DNA from: Octopus sinensis
Taxonomy: Eukaryota
NCBI RefSeq assembly: GCF_006345805.1
Contig: NC_042997.1
Coordinates: 51,522,001-51,586,000, forward strand
Length of the DNA stretch: 64,000 bases
Direction: 5' to 3'
This document shows positions 1 to 11,516 of the stretch, piece after piece. How positions within the stretch are numbered: position 1 is the first letter of the stretch; every line of letters starts with the position of its first letter. The notes under the pieces were generated by a model that was given only the letters and a program-made list of their open reading frames with translations, had not been told where the DNA came from and did not search any database. Made by a program: the position numbers and the translations under genes.

Positions 1-195
1 ATAAATTTTCATGAGTCGAAGCTTCAGTCTTGTCCAATGATACAATGATTGTTGATTTACCTCTCTGCAGTTGGATTATTTTTTCTAAACATGAAATCAT
101 TCGGTAACATGAATTGGCTGTATTTAGACAAAGTTTATATTGCATAAATAATAATCCATAATGTGTGTGTGTGGTATTTATATATACACATATGA

Positions 196-227
<32 letters not shown>

Positions 228-230
<3 letters not shown>

Positions 231-370
231 CTTCCGTGCCGGTGGCACGTAAAATGCACCAATCCGACCGTGGCCGTTGCCAGCCTCGCCTGGCACCTGT
301 GCAGGTGGCATGTAAAAAGCACCCACTACACTCACGGAGTGGTTGGCATTAGGAAGGGCATCCAGCTGTA
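228..370 (+). mobile_element. RTE LINE 3' end fragment (or RTE-tailed SINE)
   Basis: gtgccggtggcacgtaaa...gcacccactacactcacggagtggttggcattaggaagggcatccagctgtag matches the 3' UTR of the RTE at 56950-57100. Confidence 0.75.
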
Positions 371-521
371 GAATTTATGAGAAATTTATGTAAAAATTTA
401 TGAACTACTCATATATAGAATATATATATATGATTCAAATTTACAGAAAAGCAAAAGATGAAAACATGGGTATAAACAACAGACAGGGGTAGTAGTTTGA
501 TGCTTTGAGAGGTGAAAAAGT

Positions 522-557
522 CTTTTACATTTTGAGCCTATGCTCTTCAACAGAAAG
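522..557 (-). ncRNA. Decayed minimal hammerhead motif in a PLE-type remnant
   Basis: Minus strand ctttCTGTTGAagagc-atag-gctcAAAAtgtaaaag: stem II GAGC/GCTC, stem I CTTT/AAAG; core altered (A6>U, GAAAC decayed). Confidence 0.35.
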
Positions 558-619
558 GAACACAATGAAATAAGCAGAGAGAGAATAAAAAATACTTTTG
601 GAGTTAGTGGTAAATTGTA

Positions 620-654
620 TATGTATACATATATATACATACATCATCATCATC

Positions 655-718
<64 letters not shown>

Positions 719-870
719 ATANNNNNNNNNNNNNNNNNNNNNNNNNNNNNNNNNNNNNNNNNNNNNNNNNNNNNNNNNNNNNNNNNNNNNNNNNNNNNNN
801 NNNNNNNNNNNNNNNNNNNNNTATGTATATATGTATATATATGTATATATATATATATATATATGTATCT
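620..870. repeat. (TA)n microsatellite containing a 100-N assembly gap (722-821)
   Basis: Direct reading. Confidence 0.95.
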
Positions 871-1024
871 GTCTATATGTCTAATTGTATCTCTACTATT
901 ATCTGATATATGTAAATGATATATATATATATATCAATAATATATATATATACATATATGTCTTGTTTATATCTGTATATGTATATATATATATATCTAT
1001 CTACTATATATCTATCTATATCTT

Positions 1025-1139
1025 TAAGCAATAAGGGTTTAGCAACGAATTGCCTTACCACATACCGAATTTAGAATAGCAGTCTGCTATTTCTATCGGT
1101 ATGTGGTAAGGCAATTCGTTGCTAAACCCTTATTGCTTA
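1025..1139. repeat. Near-perfect 115-bp palindrome (44-bp perfect arms)
   Basis: taagcaataagggtttagcaacgaattgccttaccacataccga is the exact reverse complement of tcggtatgtggtaaggcaattcgttgctaaacccttattgctta; the centre is also self-complementary. Confidence 0.95.
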
Positions 1140-1259
1140 GTATTACTTAAATTTCCCTCGAATGAGGCTTTTACATGCCGAAGACTACTTGGTGTAATTG
1201 ATAATTATTCCAAATTAATTAATTTCACCCTTCATTATTACGGATATATATATATATAT

Positions 1260-1345
1260 ATACTCTTTTTACTCTTTACTCTTTTACTTGTTTCAGTAAT
1301 TTGACTGCGGCCATGCTGGAGCACCGCCTTTAGTCGACAAAGGAG
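1260..1345 (-). mobile_element. SINE family 1, 3' end fragment
   Basis: tactcttttacttgtttcag...gcggccatgctggagcaccgcctttagtcga matches the 3' end of the full copy at 26211-26617. Confidence 0.8.
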
Positions 1346-1504
1346 TAGCTAAAAAGCATTAATGGAATGGGTTTTATGTCCACCTGTGTGTGTGTGTGTT
1401 GAATATCCTTTCAGTATGTTTGGAATGTGATCAGCTTCGTGTTGATGGTTGTGTATGTTGTGATGAATGTCTTGTGGAAGAAAGAATTAGGATTTCCCTT
1501 TAGG

Positions 1505-1700
1505 TTAGATGTATTCTTTTGTATGTGTGTGTGTGTGTGTTTTGCGATGTTTTCTTTTGTGTGTTTGTGTGCGTGTTTTTTTTGTGATGTTTCCTTTTGT
1601 GTATGTGTGTATTATTTTTTGTGATGTTTTCTTTTGTGTATGTGTGTGTGTTTTTTGTGATTTTTCTTTTGTGTGAATGTGTGTGTGTGTGTGTGTGCAG
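1505..1700. repeat. T/G-rich minisatellite, about 5 copies of a roughly 30-35 bp unit
   Basis: Repeated ttttgtgatgttttcttttgtgtatgtgtgtg. Confidence 0.8.
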
Positions 1701-1809
1701 GCACACACACACACACTATATATATATTGGAAAAAAAATAATGGGAAGTAGTTTTCAAAATGATAATATGTATAAAACTGTTTTCTGAGTGTTTTTTCTT
1801 ATTTATTGG

Positions 1810-3045
1810 GTGTGTTTGGGTCTAGATTTAATTGTGGCTTTTACTTGTTGATAAATTGCTTTTCTTTATTTAGTTTTTGTTGTTGGTTGAAAGAATCTGA
1901 GCACTTGTAGAGGGGAAATATTTTGAAATTTAGTAAGACCATTCCTGCACAGGTTGCAATGTGACTGCATAAAGGATTTTCCTTGTGTTTTTGTCTCAGA
2001 TCTGTTGGCGATGGGTCGCCATTCTGTTGCATTACAATCCGCCCACCTGACCTATGTAATTATGTTGGCAACCATTGCATGTGATTATGTAGATCAGGTT
2101 TTCCAGGTTACAGGTGAGATTGGACTTAACTTTGAAGTCTTGGCCAACTTTGAAACTATATTCTGGCCCCTCAGTTAGGTAAAGGCAAGTGCTGCATTTT
2201 GTGACAGTTGGGTTGGGGTTTCTTTGTGTCTTTTTGCTCCAGTGAGAATGAGTTTTAACCCGTTAGTGTTCACATTATTCTGCCAAAATTAATGCCTTTT
2301 CATCCACATTGTTTTGAACTAATCACACATTATCTTGTAGCTATGAGATTTTGATGAGGTAGCTGTTAATTTTTAAAACGATATTGTAGGGTTGGTGTGA
2401 GAGACCAGATCTGGCCAGTTTGAAGATAAAACAGGCAGAATACTTTTCGCCAGATATGGCCGGTTTAAATGCTAAAGGGTTAATGTTTTTAGGCTGCCAT
2501 TTGCTTTTGATGATTTTTTGTTTTTCTGAGATTTTTCTCATTTTTTCATCTGTACATAAGATGGGGAGATTTTTGTGGATATGATCAAATATTTTGGTGT
2601 TTCTAGGATTGAAGGTTGACACAAATGGTAAGACATTTTCCCTTCTTTTGTTTTTTGTTTTCCCAAGTTCATTGATATTCATTTGTTTTGCCTTGTTTAT
2701 TCTGTTGGTGATTATGCTAGGAGGGAAGGCTCTTTGGATAAGTGTGTCTTTCAGTTCCTCTAGTCTTTGTTCACGTTTGGATGGTTCTGATACTATGGTA
2801 CAAATTCGTTTTGCCTGGTTGAAGGGAATATTGAGTTTGGTGTGTTTCAGGTGACATGATGTGAAAAGAAGGTACAGTTTGGAGTCGGTGGATTTGTAGA
2901 ATATGTCTGTTTCTATTTTCCCATCTTGGTTTCTGATTAGGATATCCAGAAAGGCAAGTTTTTTGGAGTTATACTCCATTGTGAATTAGATGTTATTGCT
3001 GAGGTTGTTGAACAAGTTTTTAAGTTTAGTTAACTTGTCAATATT
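1810..3045 (-). pseudogene. Penelope-like element: RT C-terminal/thumb region plus GIY-YIG endonuclease, disrupted
   Basis: FLDILI...IETDIFYKSTD...YLLFTSCH.KHTKLNIPFNQAKRICTIVS (ORF 2341-2979). After the MITE: CSTC...NLTCNLENLIYIITCNGCQHNYIGQ...RMATHRQQI (GIY-YIG) with stops and frameshifts. Confidence 0.85.
2259..2479. mobile_element. piggyBac-type MITE inserted into the PLE
   Basis: TTAA|CCCGTTAGTGTT ... AATGCTAAAGGG|TTAA: TTAA TSD, CCC/GGG ends; a second copy at 9772-9990. Confidence 0.8.
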
Positions 3046-3083
3046 GACAAAACTGGTTGTCAAAAGTGGGGTGACAAACAAAG

Positions 3084-3126
<43 letters not shown>

Positions 3127-3128
<2 letters not shown>

Positions 3129-3285
3129 ACAGGCTCCTTTCAGTTCCTGTCTACCAAATCCAGTCACAAGGTTTTGGTCAGCCCGAGGTTATACTTGAAG
3201 ACACTTGCACAAGTTGCCATGCAGCAGGACTGAATCCGGAACGTGGTTGGGAAGCAAGCTTCTTACCACGCAGCCACTCCTGTAA
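3127..3285 (-). mobile_element. SINE family 1, tRNA-derived head
   Basis: Reverse complement of ggagtggctgcgtggtaagaag...ccggattcagtcc (A/B-box-like). Confidence 0.8.
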
Positions 3286-3345
3286 ATATATACTTATATA
3301 TATATATTTGTATAGAAATACGTGTGTATATATATATATATATAT

Positions 3346-3421
3346 AGTTAATCCAAACAAGAAAGCACAAAAAAACACAACAACGCGAGGACGTGGAACA
3401 AATATAGTATTATTGGACGCA
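3346..3421 (-). mobile_element. Short fragment of the PLE-type remnant also seen at 12640-12845
   Basis: ttaatccaa...caacaacgcgaggacgtggaacaaatatagtattattggacgc is the reverse complement of about 12765-12843. Confidence 0.7.
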
Positions 3422-3599
3422 CGCATATATACATACATGTGTGTGTGTGTGTGTATATATATGCGTATGTATATATATACACACACACATATATATATAT
3501 GTATACTCAGACGATACTCAATACCATCATCGAAATTATCACGTTTCTTATTTCTTTATTGCCCACAACGGGCTAAACATAGAGGGGACAAGCAAAGAC

Positions 3600-3775
3600 A
3601 TTAGGTCGATTACATCGACCCCAGTGCGTAACTGGTACTTAATGTATCAATCCTGAAAGGATGAAAGGCAAAATCGACCTCGGCAGAATTGGAACTCAGA
3701 GCGTAACAGCAGACGAAATAGCGCTAAGCATTTCGCCCGGCGTGCTAACGTTTCTGCCAGCTTGCCATCGTGGAA
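3600..3775 (-). mobile_element. SINE family 2 (tRNA-derived)
   Basis: Minus strand ggcagaaacgttagcacgccgggcgaaatgcttagc...ctgagttccaattctgccgaggtcgattttgcctttcatcc; decayed copies at about 8850-8950, 9650-9770, 60000-60150 and 61535-61627. Confidence 0.75.
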
Positions 3776-4201
3776 ATTATTACGTTTCTTTGGCCAAGTC
3801 AGTCTTTTACCATGACTTGCTTGAAAACCTTGTCATCTACTAGTGAAACCCAGAGTAGCAAGAAACTGACTCGATCAAAATAATACATACACACTTACAT
3901 AGGAAAATGGTGACTTCAAAGTTTGACCTTACTCGCCTTTGTCAGTCATACGAAAGCAAGCAAGCAGAAACTTGGAAGTAACTGTCAAACTTTTTCATGG
4001 AAAAGTTTGATAAATATGTACTCTACTAAAATGTATTGGGTAATCAGCCCTTCAGTTTAATGCTTAATTATACTTATTATAAGTTGACATAAAAAAACCC
4101 AGACATTTACATATAACGTTTTGGTCTGAAATCAGCTTAGTAACTGAGCTCTTTATTACCATGCATATATATTTCTGTTTTACCCTTTTCCTCTTTACAT
4201 A

Positions 4202-4714
4202 TCTATATATATAAAACTGTAGTTGTGTGAGTGTCTGTCCCCTTCGATTTAGATTCCTAACTACTCCCACATTTTGCGGTGCAGTTTAACAAAATTCGGG
4301 TATCTTATAGTCGTGATTCATATTGAGCCCGTCTGGGTATTAGCGCGCGTCTACGATGAGTCTACGATTTTAAAAATAATTTAACATCATTTTTTATTCC
4401 ATTTTAATGCATAATTTTTCGTGTGTCGATGGCGGCGGAGTTGGCGTCCATGGTCACACCTGCACCTGTTTGCTTCTCCCCCTTCTTCCCTCCCTCGTGA
4501 AGCTGTGGGGAAGGGAGTGTAAGGAAATCAACGTCGTAAAGCGTTGTCAAGGAGATCAGCGTTCTTTTAGAACAACGACTTCATGGCTTGAAGACACCAA
4601 AACAGAAATGGCTAAGAAAGCCCGAATTGGCATCTATAAGGGAAGTAACTCTCTAAAAATGCTTATATAGTTATTTCCCTTACAAACCCGAGCAACGCCG
4701 GGCGATACTGTTAG
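4202..4714 (+). mobile_element. Non-autonomous Helitron
   Basis: A|TCTATATATATAAAACTG 5' end; 3' hairpin CCCG-AGCAACGC-CGGG followed by cgatactgTTAG|T (CTAG-like); inserted between A and T with no TSD. Confidence 0.75.
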
Positions 4715-5020
4715 TATGTATATATATAAGGTAGAGAATATTTAGTGAGGAAACACGTGTGGTGGATATATATAGAAAGAGAAAAGATGAAAAAACATTG
4801 ATTTGTTTTACACGATTTAAGAGTTTATTAGAATCATGATAATAAAGATAATATACAATTTTGTACAAAATATGGTTTTGATCTTTCAACATAAAATGAA
4901 GTAAGGACCGGTCCTTATATACTCTTAAATCCTGTAAGACAAATCTCTGTGGTTTCGAGTAGTATCAGAGAGGATTGGACGAAATGGTCAACCTCCAGTG
5001 TTTGACCCGAGCAAAAAAAA

Positions 5021-5419
5021 AAAAATGAAAAAAAAAAAAAAATGGTGTAATAGGTGTAAAACAACATGTAGTAAACGAATATGAAAAATAATGCATGCTG
5101 GCAAACGAGAGTGAGGAGACGACTTGGAAAATTCACATCGTGAGTGTTCCGAGTCCTCTCACCACTTTCCCGTTCGTCAACGCAATATTTTTCTTCATGT
5201 TCGTTTTACTACACATTATTTTACACCTAGTACACTATTTTTTTTTTTTTTTTCAATTTTTGTGAGGGGGGTGCAGACTCGGATAATTCACACGATCAAA
5301 CTCACAGGATCTGAAAACTCAACGTTAACACCCAGTCGCAAAAATGAAAAAAAAAAGTGTAAAAGGTGTAAAACAACATGTAGTAAACGGGGGCGTGGGG
5401 GGGGACTCGGAAAATTCAC
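5021..5419. repeat. Alternating-orientation repeat array
   Basis: aggtgtaaaacaacatgtagtaaacg at 5052 (+), about 5202 (-) and 5364 (+); gactYggaWaattcac at 5121, 5140 (-), 5276 and 5404. Confidence 0.75.
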
Positions 5420-5566
5420 TTGCTCAAGGTGCCATGCAGTGGGACTGAACCAGGAACTGTGTGGTTGGGAAGAATATCCATTTTCTTGATGGAAAAACTA
5501 TAGTTAAAATTTACAGAAAAACAAAAAACGAAGACAGGTGTATGAATAACAACCAGTTGTATATAT

Positions 5567-5930
5567 AGGCACAGGTGTGGCTGTGTGGTAAGAAGCTTAC
5601 TTCCCAACCACGTTGTTCCGGGTTCAGTCCCACTCTGTGGCACCGTGGGCAAGTGTCTTTACTATAGCCTCAGGTCGACCAAAGCCTTGTTTGTGGGTGG
5701 ATTTGGATGACGGAAACCGAAAGACACCCGTTGTATATATGTATGTGTGTGTGTGTGTTTGTCCTTCCATCACCACTTGACAATTGGTGTTGGTGTGTTT
5801 ACATCCCCATAACATAGCGTTCGATCTAAGAGAGCAAAAGAATAAGTATCAGGCTTTAAAAATAAGTACTGGGTCGATTCATTCGACTAAAAAAAATTCA
5901 GGGTGATGCCCCAGCATGGCCACGGTCTAA
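5567..5930 (+). mobile_element. SINE family 1, near full length
   Basis: ggcacaggtgtggctgtgtggtaag...ggttcagtccc...gccccagcatggccacggtc. Confidence 0.85.
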
Positions 5931-5934
5931 CGTT

Positions 5935-6800
5935 TGTTTGTAACATGTATTCATCATTCTTTTTTTTTTTTTTTGGAATGTTTACAATATTTATGCTTAT
6001 GATAGAAGCTGTTTCTAGTAATGTTATCTGAGTCAACTTTATTTCGCTATTCTCTCAAATTCGTCAGTTTTAACGTAGAAAACGAAATATTAGTTCGACT
6101 GATCTTGAAATTTATCTGTGGACGTGCTAGTTTAAATTAGTCTTAAATTAGCCTTCATAGAATGTGGAGGGAAAAACAGGGTAACAGTATATTTACTACA
6201 ATTACTTAATATGTAAACAGAGCAGACTGTTTTTGCAATAAAGGAAACATCTACTACTATTTGACGTTTGACACACTTTGAGAGATCCAGTTAAAATCTA
6301 GGAAACTTATATTTTTTTACCTGTCCAAAAAATATTTCTGCTTGTTCTTTCAATTGTTATAGTATTTATTTTAACGATTTCCATTTATTAACTTCATGAT
6401 CTCATATGATTATCGCAGTATAATAAGTAGATGATAGTGAATAATATTATCCAGCGCAGAAATGACTATTTTCTCACGTAGGTTTTGTATTCGAAGTGAA
6501 TTATTTATGTACGAAACGTTGAATTTCAAGTTTTCATGTAACTTTCTCAGTTATGTTCAGTGTAAAGATTCTCCCCCACCATCAAACCATGATCCATAAC
6601 ATTTTTTTGTCTATGAGTAACATATTTCATTTCAAATTCTCAGTGAAATAGATAAAGTGAAAAACAAGACTGTACGAAAAAATTTCGCTAGATTTGTATA
6701 CGATAAACTCGTGTCTGTCATTTCTCACTTGGCTATTGTTTTCTTTTCAAGGCCAATGCAGAATGATTCTATAGATCTCTCCTAAATAGATAAGATACTT
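5935..6800. promoter_or_regulatory. Non-repeat, CpG-retaining segment, possibly an unmethylated promoter region
   Basis: Many CpGs in unique AT-rich DNA just before CpG-poor sequence begins at about 7.2 kb; judged by eye only. Confidence 0.25.
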
Positions 6801-7475
6801 CAGAACTTTATGTACCTTCATATGTGAAAAATTATTTGACTAATATTAAAATAATTAAATATTTCATATTATTTTTGTGAAATTTTCAGTTTTTGTTTTC
6901 TGGTTTTATTTTCTTGATAGTTGTTAGTCAGTAGAAGAAATTCTTTAAATATGTAAATTTGGTACTTACAATTTTTTTGTAGTGGACCTCGAAAGCTATT
7001 GCTCATTATAAATTTTTGCAAACACTGTTTGAACTACAGGGAATCTATACATTAGTTCACAATTTTTTTTAAATACAAGTTATACAAAAATTCAGAAAGG
7101 GCTGCATCCGGTTCATTTTGGTTACATATTTGAAATTAATGACTCGGTAGTATTAATTATAGAAAGGGTAATTTTTCAAACCTGTAGCTATATGAGTTTG
7201 CAAAATTATAAATAAAATCAGATGAGAAAGTGCCCAATGCTGAACTTGAAATTTTGGAGAATGTAAGCTCTATTTTTATAGAGATACAACAGATGGTCAT
7301 GATATCTAAGACATTGAATGAGTGTACTGTGTGTGACAAAAAGAACAAAATCCAATTAAATTACAACCTTTCATCCAAGCATTGGTTTCATACACACACA
7401 CACTGAAATCAGTACCACAATTTTCTGAAAGTCATGAAAGAATAGTTTACATATTTATGTCTTACTTCAATATTT

Positions 7476-7667
7476 GTGCCAGTGGCACGTAAAAAGCACC
7501 CAACTCATTCTGTAAAGTGATTGGCATCAAGAAGGACATCCAGCCCTAGAAATCATGCCAAAACAGACAATCAGAGCCTGGACACGTCCCCAGTTGCCCA
7601 GCTCCTTTTCAAACCGTCCAACCCATGCCAGCATGGGAAACAGATGTTAAATGATGATGATGATGAT
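7476..7667 (+). mobile_element. RTE 3' tail with (GAT)n
   Basis: gtgccagtggcacgtaaaaagcacc...catgccagcatgg...aaatgatgatgatg; further copies at about 15307-15480(-), 22185-22427(-), 34040-34200(+), 34415-34531(-), 36057-36190(+), 39160-39320(+), 39340-39500(-) and 49972-50130(-). Confidence 0.8.
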
Positions 7668-8457
7668 AGATTGCATTTTTTTCCATGTATTTAATAACAT
7701 AGTCTTTAATGCTGCCATATTTTAGTATATTCACTTCAATGATAGCCTCAAACTGAAATGGTTTTCTGCTCCTGGTATACATACATGGATTCTGAGAGCA
7801 GGCCAGTTCATCTGCTAGGGTCCTGTTTGTAACTCAAGAGAAATGATTACATTAGGATGGATATTTGATACAATTGGATACTGAGTGTAAAAATTTGCTT
7901 AGTAGAAGATTCTTCTGGCAGAAAACTCAGGAGGAAATGTGAGGTAAAATCTGAGAATATTGTACTTTATATCTGAGAGAATGCAAAATTATGACAAATA
8001 GCAGTTTGCCATTCTGCAGACCCTTTCAATATGTGCTAGCATGGAAATGTGGGTGTTGAACCATTGATGAGAAAGAATAAACCCTACAATTTTTTTTATT
8101 CTGCTTTATAATTACTGTTTACATTGCATTAAGATCCTGCTCACCCTTGTCCAATGCACTACAGAAGTCCACTTTGCATTACAACTCATCAGTGCTAATT
8201 TATATCATTAATTCAAATTAATTGAATCCATGAGAATGACTATCTATATTTGAGCTTTCAGAACTAGATTGTATAAAAGATAACAGAAAACATAGGAATC
8301 CTCTGCAGATGTGTTGCTAGTCTTGATTCATAGCATTTAGAGCCCATTCATTGATATTTTTTCTTTTATTTGACTTGTGTTAGCAGATGTCATTTAACTA
8401 AAGGTTTTAGAAAATTTTTTTTTATATAAGTTATCTCTTTATATCCATTTCTACCAG

Positions 8458-8568
8458 ATGTTGCAAAATTTCATTACACTAGCAAAATATGACAATACCA
8501 TCAAAACATACACACCAAACAGTTATTTGAAAGTTCATGACTATTTGACTAAACTTCACATAAATTTA
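8458..8568 (+). CDS. Candidate internal exon (MLQNFITLAKYDNTIKTYTPNSYLKVHDYLTKLHINL)
   Basis: Acceptor ccatttctaccag, donor gtatgc, 111 nt open in phase 0; no homology recognised. Confidence 0.2.
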
Positions 8569-9771
8569 GTATGCTGATGACAAACAATCTTTTTTAATAC
8601 TTAATTGATTGCTTTGGAATAAAAACATGAAAACTGTACCACTTTGGATACTATTTAATTATAATGTAAAATAAGTTTAGATTAATTAGAACTGTATGTA
8701 TAATTAGCTACTTGTTTTGATCATACTTTTCATCATTTTGCCTGTTCATATTATAGCTTCAAATTATGAAAATAGGACCGCTTTTAGTATGTTACATTTG
8801 TGTTTGTGAGTTGGAACATGAAATTACAAATAAATTATTGGTTTCAAATTTTTGCACAAGGCCAGCAATTTTGATCCCAATGATCAACTGATACTTATTT
8901 TATCCACTCTGAAAAGATGAAAGGCTAAGTTGACCTTGGCAGAATTACAAATAAAATATTGACTGTAACCTATGATGACAGAACACTCACTTCATAGAAT
9001 TAGTTTGGCGAGTCAAATGTCGGTGAGTCAATAGAAATATTATTTTTAAAAATCACAGAATTTATAAAACAATTTTGAATTGTAGAGTAGCACAACAGTT
9101 AAGATTGACTTTTTAGTGATGAATTAAAACTCTGACACACAAATTGTGTGTGTCAATTGTTAAAATGTATTAGTTTATTATACTTGCATCATCTTGCTGA
9201 AAATAAACATTGAATATATATTCAAGCTGTTCAAAGACTTTTTGATAATTCAAGAAAATATCTTAACTATGATTCCTCCTAGCTGAAAGAGTTATCCACC
9301 TGATGACTGATGTCCTGGGAATAAACTGTTATACCAGAAACACATGCATCAGTTCCATAGTCAGAATCGTGCACTAATCCCCTAATCAGAATCGTACACT
9401 AAGCCCCTTATCATAATCATTAAATTACAGAATCCTGTAATCTAATAAGCAGAGCAGATGGTGCTGACTTGGGACTCCAGTATGAAATTGAGCTAGATTG
9501 ATCTAGTATGTATTTCTGTCAGCTGGGTGAATTGATATGATGTGGAGTAAAAGGTTCTACCCAGCAGTACTTAGTCATTTTGAGCCCTAGAATATTTAAA
9601 ATATATATATCATTATTGATTTCTGATATTATATCAAATCTAATACTTGACTGGTACTTATTTGATCAACTGTAAAAGTATGAAAGGCAAAGTTAACTCA
9701 GGTAGGTTTTGAATGAAACAACAAAAGACTTTGTTCAGCAGTCATCTGTTTCTGTCAATCTACTGTCTTAA

Positions 9772-9990
9772 CCCTTTAGTGTTCAGATTATTCAATCAAA
9801 CATAATGCCTATTGATTCCCATTGATTTGAATCAATCATGCATTATCTCATATCTTCAAGATCTTGATGGTGTAATTACTTAATGTAGAATAACATTGTA
9901 GGGTAGGTGTGAGAGCCTGGATCTGGTCAGTTTGAGCATAAAACAGATTAAATATTTTGGCTGGATATGGCCGGTTTAAATACTAAAGGG
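9772..9990. mobile_element. piggyBac-type MITE
   Basis: TTAA|CCCTTTAGTGTT ... AATACTAAAGGG|TTAA; same family as 2259-2479. Confidence 0.8.
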
Positions 9991-11505
9991 TTAAATTCAT
10001 ATGTTTTTATTGACAGATATTCTTATATTGGTTTCAGCCAACTCTTTGTATTATACTAGGCCACCACCAATGATAATTTCTAAAGAAATTTATAATTCTG
10101 AAACCATGAAGATATTTCATTGCCCCCTTCTATATTTTAGAATTAGAGAAACATAACAAAATATTTTCATTCTTACACAGTTTTGTTTGAGTTTGTGTGT
10201 TTGTACAAAAACTTAACTAATTTGATAGGTTATTAGGTAGTAACTTGTTACAGAATCATGTAGTTATTGAGAAAGACACATAACTCTCAAATTGTTCTCT
10301 TCATTTAACTATAAGGCATTCTGCAGAGTAGGATCATGTCACTACCATAGACAGCAGCAACACAGCTTGCAATTCTCAGCTTAGTTTTCCTTAAAGAAAT
10401 GTTGCTTCCCACTAGGTTAAACTGTAAATATTTGGATCTAGTTACCTGTTGATGGATACTTTTGGAGTATCAACAAAATTAGGAAGAAGGCTATATGCAT
10501 ACAGTTACACAAATTTTTTATAGAAATAAAGTGGGCTTATAATTGTGCAATAATTCTAAAGATTTCAGTTTGAGGGAGATGTTTCTATTATGATTAGCTG
10601 AATGTGATCAAATTGGTATCTATATATGCTTATGTATTTTGTAAATTTAAATATGTTTCTAATTATATCGTAATAGATTCATGCTTTACTAATTTAGAGA
10701 ATTAGAGCTGATCTTTAGTCCATTGTAGAATGTTCTTAAGTTTTGAGATAATGTTAACAATTTTTACATTAAACAGAATTTTGCTCTAGTAACAGCTTTG
10801 GCTGTATAGTCAAGAAGTTTCCTTTGTTACATTCTGCATTCAACCTTGATACGTGGTACCTTTGCTTTATGTGTTCTGTCATAATTTTGGATTGACTAAT
10901 ACTATTTGAATGGAATTTGATAGACTGAAACTGTGCAGAAGCCCATATTGTGTATGTATACATGTACATAGCTGTCTGTCTCCAGTATGTACAGGTGAAA
11001 AAATTGAAAGACTAGTGTTTTTAACAATGTCCCTTGCAGTATTTTCTATGCTCTTATCGCAAACATTTCTTTGTCATTCTTACCATCAGAAAAGCCTGTT
11101 GAAAACCTGTCACCAGAAGAGTTATTTAATAAAGTTTTTAATGAAAATGTTACTGTGATTTTAACATGCATTTGAACACAATAAGAAACAGAATTTAAAT
11201 GAACAATGTACTATAAATTTTAGTTCTGTCTGTTCTTAGGTATTATCCATCCATATAACCACTAGCATATGTGTTTAATAAACAGCAAATTTGAAGTAAT
11301 TTTGTGTCATGCCTAAATCTTTTTCACAATTTTATATAATAGTGTGCAAAAGATTCAGGTTCACTATAAAATTATTTTAGATCTGGTATTTATTGATATG
11401 TTGATATTTTAGCTTTGGTAGGAGAGTCTGTCTGCTGTTTCATAATTTAACAGATTTACATTTATTTTGTTGGAAACTTAAATGTTAATTAAATTTATAA
11501 CTCAC

Positions 11506-11516
11506 TTGAAATACAT
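11506..11516 (-). CDS. Candidate 11-nt microexon (ATGTATTTCAA)
   Basis: Minus strand gttcttgtttcttacag|ATGTATTTCAA|gtgagt: strong acceptor and donor. Confidence 0.25.

Noticed and set aside
540-906. Tracked ORFs rich in YI/CV/HT repeats (also at 15743-16501, 19133-19696, 27414-27989, 34692-35017, 57167-58629)
   Set aside because: Translations of (TA)n, (CA)n and (TATG)n microsatellites or of the N gap
1155-1190. ctcgaatgaggc-ttttacat-gccgaagac, hammerhead-like
   Set aside because: Both core boxes are altered and no stem I or III was found
7211-7408. Open frame with CTVC...H..H, zinc-finger-like
   Set aside because: Spacing is not C2H2, it runs into (CA)n, and there is no convincing start or acceptor
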